IMG/VR virus record: IMGVR_UViG_3300042569_002054
Direction: 5' to 3' (one strand)
Source: a virus
DNA: 64,000 bases
The notes under the pieces were generated by a model, which saw only the letters and a list, made by a program, of their open reading frames with translations, was not told the origin of the DNA and did no database searches. This document shows, piece by piece, positions 48,567-56,227 of the stretch. Each line of letters opens with the position of its first letter. Positions within the stretch are counted from its first letter, which is position 1. The translations under genes and the position numbers were made by a program.

Positions 48567-50894
48567 ATGATAAAAGATTTAGATTTTTCAAAACTTGAAA
48601 ATCCTTACGTACAAGTAGTATGGGAAGATACCCCAGAGAATTTTACACAAGAAAAGTTAAAAAGTGTGAAAGCGTACTTTCAAAAAAAGTATTCAACTAC
48701 AAGCGTAAATGTTATTACCAAGTTAAAGAAAACAGAAGAGGTACAAGACAATGTTGATGTTACTATCAACATTATGGACGAGAACTATCAACACGATTTG
48801 ATTAAGTCCATCCTTCAATCTAAATCCCAAGAAAACCTTTACGAAGATATACTGAAGATTGACTCAGCGGTAAATAATAAGATGATTGCCGAACAAGATG
48901 AGATTGCTTCATTTAAGAAGTGGTATATTAAGAAGATTGAGTTTTCTAACTTTCTATCTTATGGTGAAAACCAACATATAAACTTTGAAAAGTTGGGTGG
49001 GATTACTGTAATTGAATCAGACCCACCTAACTTTGGAGGTAAAACTGTGTTGTCTGTGGATTTGTTGATGTTCTTGTTTTTTAATACAACAACAAAGACA
49101 AACAAAGCTGAAGAAATATTTAACAGATATTCTGACAAAGATAAAGTATCTGTTAGAGGGGAAATTGTTATTGATGGTGAAGATTACATTATTGTTCGTG
49201 AACTTGAACGTAAGAAATCTAAGTCAGGTGATTGGAATGTTAAAACAGAATTAGACTTCTTTAAGAAGTTTCCTGATGGTTCATTGGTTAAATTTACAGG
49301 TGAACAACGACGTGAAACTGAAAAGTTTATTAAGACATCAATTGGAAGTTATGAAGACTTCTTGATGACGATATTAACCACTGGTACTAACCTTGAGGAC
49401 TTGTTGGAAGCAAAACCAACAGCTCGTGGACAAGTCTTATCAAGATTTTTAGGTTTAGATTTTCTTAAAAGAAAAGAAGAGACTGGTAAAGAAATCTATT
49501 CAGAGTTCTCCAAGTCAATGATTTCAAACATTTACAATACTGAAACATTGAAGAATGAGAACGAAGAACTATTGGTTAAAAACCAAGAGTTTGATAAGAA
49601 TATTGTAGAAAGTGAAGTTAAAATTGAAGATGTTAAGGGTAGGATTGTTAAAGGACAAGAATATCGTGATAACCTTTTAAAATCAAAGGTTGTTGTTGAT
49701 AGAGAAATTTCATTACTTAATCCTGACAATACAAAGAAAGAAGTGGGAAACTTTGAACACCAAATCAAACAGAATGTTCAGTTAAGAGATGGTGTTAAGA
49801 TTGTTGAACCTTCAGAGTTTTATTATGAAAATGAACATGATAAGGTTAAGGAAGAGTACCAAAAGACTTACAAACAAAAGGTTGAGTTAGATACTAACAT
49901 ATCATCCATCCAAAAATTAAAGAGTTCAGTAAGTGGTGGAATTAAGTGTGAACATTGTGGCATTGAACTTATGAACGCAACAATTACACAATCAAGAATT
50001 GCGGAACTTGACGGACTTATCGGGCAAAAAACCAAGATTGAGGGGTTAATACAAGAATTATCGGACAAAGAACAAGGTTTTGTTAAACTTAAAAAAGACT
50101 TTGACGAGTACGAAAGAAACAAACTTGTCTATGAAAAATACCAAGCAACAATTGAAAACTTTGAATTGAAGAAAGAAAGTTTGTTAGATAAGTTAAAAAG
50201 ATATGATGATGTACAAGATGTAATCAAATCTAACGAACAAATTGAAAGTCAAATCATTAAGGCTAACTTACGATTGGAAGATTTAAAACGAGAGGAACAA
50301 CTTGTCCAACAGGAAGTGACCAATTCAAGATTTAAGATAACTAATAATCTTGAAAAGATTAATTCTAATAACAACTTAATTATTAAAATTTCTGAGGAAC
50401 AACAAAAGGAAGTTAAGTATAAAGTTTATTTAGAGTTGTTTGGCAAGAACGGTATCTCAAAAAGAATTATGAAGAGTATGATGCCTTTGATTAACTCCGA
50501 ACTTCAACGACTATTACAGGATTCTTGTTACTTCAGATTGGAAATTCGTATTAGTGAAAAGAATGAGGTAGAATTTTGGATGATAGACAATAATACTCAA
50601 ATTGAAAAGTTAATGACTTCAGGTTCGGGATATGAGAAGACAATTGCTTCACTGGCACTAAGAGCGGTGATGGCTAAAGTGTGTTCATTACCTAAACCAA
50701 ATATTACAGTATTTGATGAGGTGTTCGGTAAGATTTCTAATGATAACTTGGAAATGGTTTATGAGTTCTTTATTAAGATTAAAGAATACTTTGAAAACAT
50801 ACTTGTTATTACTCACAACCCTATGATTTCAAACTGGTCTGATAACATTATCAAGATTACGAAAACTGACAACATTTCTAAAGTTTCACATTAA
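48567..50894 (+). CDS. sbcC: SbcC/Rad50-like SMC ATPase with an about 115 aa N-terminal extension
   Basis: IKKIEFSNFLSYG, NFGGKT, coiled coil, CEHC zinc hook, SGSGYE, FDE and ITH. Confidence 0.85.
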   Translation: MIKDLDFSKLENPYVQVVWEDTPENFTQEKLKSVKAYFQKKYSTTSVNVITKLKKTEEVQDNVDVTINIMDENYQHDLIKSILQSKSQENLYEDILKIDSAVNNKMIAEQDEIASFKKWYIKKIEFSNFLSYGENQHINFEKLGGITVIESDPPNFGGKTVLSVDLLMFLFFNTTTKTNKAEEIFNRYSDKDKVSVRGEIVIDGEDYIIVRELERKKSKSGDWNVKTELDFFKKFPDGSLVKFTGEQRRETEKFIKTSIGSYEDFLMTILTTGTNLEDLLEAKPTARGQVLSRFLGLDFLKRKEETGKEIYSEFSKSMISNIYNTETLKNENEELLVKNQEFDKNIVESEVKIEDVKGRIVKGQEYRDNLLKSKVVVDREISLLNPDNTKKEVGNFEHQIKQNVQLRDGVKIVEPSEFYYENEHDKVKEEYQKTYKQKVELDTNISSIQKLKSSVSGGIKCEHCGIELMNATITQSRIAELDGLIGQKTKIEGLIQELSDKEQGFVKLKKDFDEYERNKLVYEKYQATIENFELKKESLLDKLKRYDDVQDVIKSNEQIESQIIKANLRLEDLKREEQLVQQEVTNSRFKITNNLEKINSNNNLIIKISEEQQKEVKYKVYLELFGKNGISKRIMKSMMPLINSELQRLLQDSCYFRLEIRISEKNEVEFWMIDNNTQIEKLMTSGSGYEKTIASLALRAVMAKVCSLPKPNITVFDEVFGKISNDNLEMVYEFFIKIKEYFENILVITHNPMISNWSDNIIKITKTDNISKVSH

Positions 50895-50895
50895 G

Positions 50896-50926
50896 TTTGG
50901 TAAATTAAAAAATTGTATTATCTTTG
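50896..50926 (+). promoter_or_regulatory. Bacteroidota primary-sigma promoter (-33/-7)
   Basis: TTTG (50896-50899), 19 nt spacer, TATCTTTG (50919-50926). Confidence 0.75.
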
Positions 50927-50933
50927 TAAGACT

Positions 50934-51488
50934 ATGATTATGAATTATATATTATTTGCATTCGGGGAATATAAAGAAAACCCACAGGCTTTAAACCTTT
51001 TAACTGAAACGGTATCACAAATATCAAAAGGTGATATAAAATTCCAACATGGAGACAGTGGTGTCATAATAACATTTGGCACGAAGTTGGATTGGGAAGA
51101 TATAGACGACTATATGAAAAAAAATATTGTTAAATTAACGGCAATGTATTTTGTTTTCCCTATTGAATCTGACATGATATATTCTATGGACGAAGATATT
51201 AAAAAACATTTGTTTGAAAACACTGACATTTTGACAGAAAATGAAGAATTAAATCAGACTAGATACGTAAGTGATAATACAGGAGTTCCTGAATTTTTAA
51301 AGGGTATACATATTCACAGGGGTAGTCCTTTTGATGATATTCTTAAAATTCTTAATGAAGAAGTTATTCAAGATGTACCAGTTATGACACTTAATGATTT
51401 ATTGGATAAGATAAAAGAAAAAGGTATAGATAGTTTGTCAGAAATTCAGTTAAAACAATTAGAAATTTACTCAAAACAAATAATATGA
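50934..51488 (+). CDS. Hypothetical protein with DUF6576-like C-terminal helical motif
   Basis: LNDLLDKIKEKGIDSLSEIQLKQL; start at 50934 or 50940. Confidence 0.5.
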   Translation: MIMNYILFAFGEYKENPQALNLLTETVSQISKGDIKFQHGDSGVIITFGTKLDWEDIDDYMKKNIVKLTAMYFVFPIESDMIYSMDEDIKKHLFENTDILTENEELNQTRYVSDNTGVPEFLKGIHIHRGSPFDDILKILNEEVIQDVPVMTLNDLLDKIKEKGIDSLSEIQLKQLEIYSKQII

Positions 51489-52285
51489 TGGAAAAAAACC
51501 AAGTTATCCCGATTAATCAAGACGAAGTACAAATCTACCTTAAAGAACTTAGACGTATTAAGGTAATGACTCCTGAAAGAGAAAGGGAACTGTCGGCTAA
51601 GATGCAAACCCCCGAAACATCTGATAGTGAAAAGGCACGTATTTGTAAAGAATTGTTAGAGGGTAACCTACGATTTGTCATCACTGTTGCTAAACAGTAT
51701 CAGGGACAAGGTGTTGATTTCAGTGATTTAGTTGCGGAAGGGAATATCGGACTTATGAAAGCTATTCAAAGTTTTGATTGGACAAAGAACCTTCGTTTTA
51801 TATCATACGCAGTGTGGTGGATTAGACAATCTATTCTACAGTCTTTGAACGAACACTCAAGAACAATCCGTATCCCTGTGAATGTTATTCAAGACCTATA
51901 TAAAGAGAAGAAACGAACAGACAAGACAGGTGAGAGAATTGATGACCGATTTGCTAATCTACCATCAACAATTAACCTACAAACTCAGATTAATGAAGAT
52001 GGTGATACACTGATTGATTTGATTGTAAACAAAGACAGTGATATGCCTGATGAGGTATTCAATAATGGAGAACAACTTAAAGACGGATTATTCAACATCA
52101 TGAATATTTTGGATGAACGTGAAAGACAGATTATTGAAGACTACTATGGTATCTCAGGTACCCCAAGAACACTTGAAGATATAGGTTCAGATTTCAGTTT
52201 AACTAAAGAAAGAGTTAGACAAATCAAAGAAAAAGCTCTTCGTAAGTTACGTAATGAGAGTGTTACCTTGTTCGATTATATGTAA
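51485..52285 (+). CDS. rpoD: RNA polymerase sigma-70 factor resembling the short Bacteroidota primary sigma
   Basis: NLRFVITVAKQYQGQG, EGNIGLMKA, RFISYAVWWIRQSI (region 2); TLEDIG..FSLTKERVRQI (region 4); no region 1.1. Confidence 0.9.
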   Translation: MMEKNQVIPINQDEVQIYLKELRRIKVMTPERERELSAKMQTPETSDSEKARICKELLEGNLRFVITVAKQYQGQGVDFSDLVAEGNIGLMKAIQSFDWTKNLRFISYAVWWIRQSILQSLNEHSRTIRIPVNVIQDLYKEKKRTDKTGERIDDRFANLPSTINLQTQINEDGDTLIDLIVNKDSDMPDEVFNNGEQLKDGLFNIMNILDERERQIIEDYYGISGTPRTLEDIGSDFSLTKERVRQIKEKALRKLRNESVTLFDYM

Positions 52286-52290
52286 TCAAC

Positions 52291-52297
52291 TATTTAT
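52291..52297 (+). promoter_or_regulatory. TATTTAT candidate late-promoter motif
   Basis: Before the lysis-like block starting at 52336. Confidence 0.45.
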
Positions 52298-52335
52298 TGT
52301 TATAAATTTAATTTTAAATTAGATAAAAAAACATT

Positions 52336-52614
52336 ATGGAAAAATTACAGAAATACTTTATTCCCGCGATTTTGGTAATCGTATTATTATCCTTCTTTAA
52401 AGGATGTGGAACCTCAACCCAAGTTAAAACGACTGAAAAACAGGTTGAGTTATTAACAAAGAAAGTTGACTCTTTAAGTACTATCGTAGTATCTCAAGAT
52501 AAACTAATTACTATCATTAAAGAAACTCCAAGTTGGAAGACTTTAGAAATTGAAGAATTGTCGGATAAGAACCATATGCCCATAAACCATTACAAGAATG
52601 AGTTGGGACAATGA
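52336..52614 (+). CDS. Membrane-anchored or lipoprotein coiled-coil protein
   Basis: Hydrophobic N-terminus ending FKGC (non-canonical lipobox), then heptads. Confidence 0.5.
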   Translation: MEKLQKYFIPAILVIVLLSFFKGCGTSTQVKTTEKQVELLTKKVDSLSTIVVSQDKLITIIKETPSWKTLEIEELSDKNHMPINHYKNELGQ

Positions 52615-53552
52615 AAAATTGGTTTAGTAGAAATTTAACAAACATAATTTCTTTAGCCTTTGTTATTCCAATACTACTCGTAGCGTTTGTGTCAATATCA
52701 CACGTTACGAGTTTTTATGGTTTATCTAATCCTTTTACTTGGGCTATATATCTTTCAGTAGGTATTGAAATTGCAGCATTATCAGCCTTGGCAGCTGTGT
52801 CAGTTAACATGGGTAGATTTGTTTATTTCCCATTTATTATCGTAACATTTATTCAAATGTTGGGAAACATATTCTTCTCATTTACATACATTGATGAAAC
52901 ATCACAGACATTCCAAGATTGGATTTCAATGGTTGGTGGATTACTTGAGAATATGGGTATTGAGAAGACTGATTTAAATACTCACAAGACGGTACTTGCG
53001 TTTTTAACTGGCGGATTACTACCAATCATCTCTCTTACATTTGCCCACATGTTGGTTAAGTTTACTGAAAAGAATAAAGAAGTAGTTGAAGATGATAAAA
53101 CAGATTTAACTGAGGAGGACATTCAAAAAATTATTGAATTACAGGTTGAAGAAAAAGAAAAAGAAAAGTGGACACCTTCTAATGAAGATTTGGAAAAGTT
53201 AGAAAAAATATTACAAAATAATCATCCTGTTAAATTAGATGTTGAACATAAACCTTACACTCCGTCAGAAGAAGATTTACGTAAAATTGAAGAAGTTTTA
53301 AATGGGTATACTGAAATTGTTGAAGAAAATATTAATGATAACAATGAGGTAATAACTGAAGACATTGTTGAGGAATCTGTGGAAGAAGTTAAACCGATTA
53401 CTGAAGAAAGTCAGTATGACAATACTGTTTACATGGGATTACTTAAAAAAGAGGAAGATATACAACCTGAGGAGGTTGAAAAAAAAAATGATATACTCAC
53501 CGAAACAGGTGAAGATTACAAGGTTTTAAACTACAGAAAAAGGGATGCTTAA
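52611..53552 (+). CDS. Multi-pass membrane protein with acidic C-terminal tail
   Basis: About four hydrophobic segments in the first 150 aa; internal repeat TPSNEDLEKLEKIL / TPSEEDLRKIEEVL. Confidence 0.6.
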   Translation: MKNWFSRNLTNIISLAFVIPILLVAFVSISHVTSFYGLSNPFTWAIYLSVGIEIAALSALAAVSVNMGRFVYFPFIIVTFIQMLGNIFFSFTYIDETSQTFQDWISMVGGLLENMGIEKTDLNTHKTVLAFLTGGLLPIISLTFAHMLVKFTEKNKEVVEDDKTDLTEEDIQKIIELQVEEKEKEKWTPSNEDLEKLEKILQNNHPVKLDVEHKPYTPSEEDLRKIEEVLNGYTEIVEENINDNNEVITEDIVEESVEEVKPITEESQYDNTVYMGLLKKEEDIQPEEVEKKNDILTETGEDYKVLNYRKRDA

Positions 53553-54147
53553 TATTAAAAAATATGGAAAGTTTCCTAAATTTGAAAAAAATAAGAAAAA
53601 AAAACAAATAATCCTTTGTCATAGTTTTCGTCCTGCTGAAAATTTTCTTAATTCATTAAAATATCGTAAAAATGGTTCTTACGATAAAATACCAAACTAT
53701 TTTATAACAAAAGAAGGGAATATTTTAAATCTAATTTCAGATGATAGTTATACTAACTATTTTGACGACCAAGAGGTAAATCGAAATTCTATAATAATTT
53801 GTTTAGAAAATCTTGGATGGTTACAAAAAACACCATTAGGTTTATCGTATTCTAATTGGATTGGAGATATTTATAGTAAATCTATTTTTCAAAAAAAATG
53901 GAAGGATAAAATATATTGGGAACCATATAGTGAAGAACAATTAAATTCACTAATTGAACTCTCAAAAAAATTACTTGTAAAGTTTTCAATAGATAACAAG
54001 TTTATTGGACATAATACAAAAGTTGATGGTGTTAAATTATTCAACGGTATTGTATGTAGAAGTAATTATAATAGTAGATATACTGATATAAGTCCGGCAT
54101 TTGATTATGAAAAATTTAAAAATTTAATAGAAAATGATGAGAGATAA
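53545..54147 (+). CDS. Amidase_2-like N-acetylmuramoyl-L-alanine amidase homologue, possibly inactive
   Basis: IILCHS, PNYFITKEGNILNLI, NRNSIIICLEN, YSEEQLNSL and DISP. Confidence 0.7.
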   Translation: MLNIKKYGKFPKFEKNKKKKQIILCHSFRPAENFLNSLKYRKNGSYDKIPNYFITKEGNILNLISDDSYTNYFDDQEVNRNSIIICLENLGWLQKTPLGLSYSNWIGDIYSKSIFQKKWKDKIYWEPYSEEQLNSLIELSKKLLVKFSIDNKFIGHNTKVDGVKLFNGIVCRSNYNSRYTDISPAFDYEKFKNLIENDER

Positions 54148-54745
54148 CCAAGACATTAAAGACCAAATCAAAAAAATGAGAGATTTGGTGAATAGCAATA
54201 ATTCTATTGTTAAAGAACATATCCAAGAGATAAAAAAAACTTACTTGTTTGAACAATCTGAACGACCTGAAGTTGATACAATTGCTACGAAGTATAATGT
54301 ACCAACCGCAGTTGAAGATGATATACAAGATGATGAAGAGAAAAAAAATGAAATTGAACAAGGTTATAGAATTTCAGGTGGTATTTTAACTATACATGGA
54401 AAAGATAGAAAAGATGTTGAATTAACAACTGATGATAAGAAAGCTTTCCAAGAAACTATGGATGAATTTGTTTCGGAAGTGTCAGATTTAGTTAACTTTA
54501 ATCAATTAAATGTTTACCAAAACAACGTTGATTGGAGTGGTAAAATTGTTGATTTTGACATTGAATTCTATTTCACTATTGGTGAAAATAACGGATTATA
54601 TATTAGTGGTGATATGGTAAAGGTTGATGAGAACTTTACTGAGGCTATCAGTAAACTAAAAACCTATTATGAGAAGTTCAAATCTAAATGGGCTAAAATA
54701 ATTGCTAGTAGAAAGAAAACAAAACCTGATACAAATGAACAATAA
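54134..54745 (+). CDS. Acidic hypothetical protein
   Basis: 203 aa ORF overlapping both neighbours. Confidence 0.6.
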   Translation: MMRDNQDIKDQIKKMRDLVNSNNSIVKEHIQEIKKTYLFEQSERPEVDTIATKYNVPTAVEDDIQDDEEKKNEIEQGYRISGGILTIHGKDRKDVELTTDDKKAFQETMDEFVSEVSDLVNFNQLNVYQNNVDWSGKIVDFDIEFYFTIGENNGLYISGDMVKVDENFTEAISKLKTYYEKFKSKWAKIIASRKKTKPDTNEQ

Positions 54746-55079
54746 GAATAATATAATTGGAATTTTATTTTTAATTATTATTGGTTTGTTTGTGTGCAAT
54801 ATTATTACAACAAACCAAATTAAAACTGATGTTGAAAAATATCAAACGTCAATTGATAGTATCCAAACAAAGATTGACTCGGTATCAATTTTAAATAAAG
54901 AATTGGATAATAAATTAGCGGAACTTGATACAAATATATTAGAAATAACTCAAGAAATACAATTGGTTGATAACAACATAAACGTAATTAAAAAGAAAAC
55001 AAATGAAAAAGTTGCTTCTGTTGATAATCTCGGTAATGATGACCTTCAACATTTTTTCACAGACAAATACGGTAAGTAA
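54735..55079 (+). CDS. N-terminal TM + coiled-coil protein (i-spanin-like)
   Basis: IIGILFLIIIGLFVC followed by long heptads; start moved to ATG 54735. Confidence 0.55.
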   Translation: MNNKNNIIGILFLIIIGLFVCNIITTNQIKTDVEKYQTSIDSIQTKIDSVSILNKELDNKLAELDTNILEITQEIQLVDNNINVIKKKTNEKVASVDNLGNDDLQHFFTDKYGK

Positions 55080-55425
55080 AGATACTACTAAGGTTGTTAT
55101 CAGTTCTGAAGTAGCTAGAAAGATTGCTAAAGATTTGATTAGGTTGGATGGTTGTATTGAAGAAAACCAGCAATTATATTCTAAAATCTCTTTATTGGAA
55201 AAGAGGGAAGGTGATAAAGATAAGAAAATTGAAATTTTAGAAGAAAAAGATAAAAACAATCAAATTATTATTGGTGAGAAAGACAAACAAATTGGTTTAT
55301 ATGTTAATATGACTGATGACTTAAAAGATGAGATTAAAACCAATAACGATAAAACTAAATGGTGGAAAGTCGGAACCTATGCGGGTGGAGGATTAACACT
55401 TTTATTATTAATACTTGCTTTTTAA
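55003..55425 (+). CDS. Signal peptide + coiled coil + C-terminal TM protein (spanin-like partner)
   Basis: MKKLLLLIISVMMTFNIFSQ ... WWKVGTYAGGGLTLLLLILAF; overlaps the upstream gene by 77 nt. Confidence 0.55.
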   Translation: MKKLLLLIISVMMTFNIFSQTNTVSKDTTKVVISSEVARKIAKDLIRLDGCIEENQQLYSKISLLEKREGDKDKKIEILEEKDKNNQIIIGEKDKQIGLYVNMTDDLKDEIKTNNDKTKWWKVGTYAGGGLTLLLLILAF

Positions 55426-55426
55426 A

Positions 55427-55669
55427 ATGGCATTTAACCAAACTGAAAAAAACGAAATTGAAAAAATTGTTAAATCTGAAATTAAAAGTTTTTTAGATTC
55501 ACAAACTGTTAAGCAATTTGAAAATAAAATGTTAGATTTAATTGCTAAAGAAATTGAAAGAGGTAAATTAGAAAAAAACATAAGAGAATTGGTTGTTAAA
55601 TCATTCAGAGATTTCTATGAATATATGTGGATGAATAGAAGTACTTGGGAAACAAAATTAAAAAGATAA
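55427..55669 (+). CDS. Hypothetical protein
   Basis: 80 aa from ATG 55427. Confidence 0.6.
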   Translation: MAFNQTEKNEIEKIVKSEIKSFLDSQTVKQFENKMLDLIAKEIERGKLEKNIRELVVKSFRDFYEYMWMNRSTWETKLKR

Positions 55670-55674
55670 TAGAA

Positions 55675-56196
55675 ATGGAAAACTTGAAACAAAATTTAAT
55701 GAAGGCGATTAAGTCAAATTATACGACAAAAGATTCGGATTCAGTTCGAGATTTCAATAAATTCTCAGAAGAACTGAGTGAAAAAAAAGAAGAAAATACT
55801 GAAGCAACTGGTGCCGGAAGTGCTGGTGGTTTTGAAAGTCCTTTATTTGGGGGTAAAATGGAAGAAGAAAATTCTGATGACATTAAAAAAGTTGAGGCAA
55901 CTGAAGCAACAGGGGCGTCTTCTGCTGGACAATATTCAGGCCCATCATTCTTAGCAAAATCCCAAAGTAAAAAAGATTGGAGAGGTGCCGCAAAACCTTT
56001 GTATAAGGGTGGTAAGTTTGTTAAAATTAAAAAGAAATGTTTAAAATACCCATACTGTAATCAAGGGGATATTAACGCTTTAAAATTAACTGAATTAGAT
56101 ATTTTTGAAAGTTTACTTGAAAAATTATCAAAGGAATATCAGATTGATAAAAATATTTTAAGTAAAATAATTAAAGAAGATATTTTAAAAAACTAA
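55675..56196 (+). CDS. Hypothetical protein with duplicated EATGAxSAG motif
   Basis: EATGAGSAGGF and EATGASSAGQY; CLKYPYCNQGD. Confidence 0.6.
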   Translation: MENLKQNLMKAIKSNYTTKDSDSVRDFNKFSEELSEKKEENTEATGAGSAGGFESPLFGGKMEEENSDDIKKVEATEATGASSAGQYSGPSFLAKSQSKKDWRGAAKPLYKGGKFVKIKKKCLKYPYCNQGDINALKLTELDIFESLLEKLSKEYQIDKNILSKIIKEDILKN

Positions 56197-56206
56197 ATTA
56201 ATTAAG

Positions 56207-56214
56207 TATTTATA
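56207..56214 (+). promoter_or_regulatory. TATTTATA candidate late-promoter motif
   Basis: Before ATG 56228. Confidence 0.5.
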
Positions 56215-56227
56215 TATAAAAACATAA

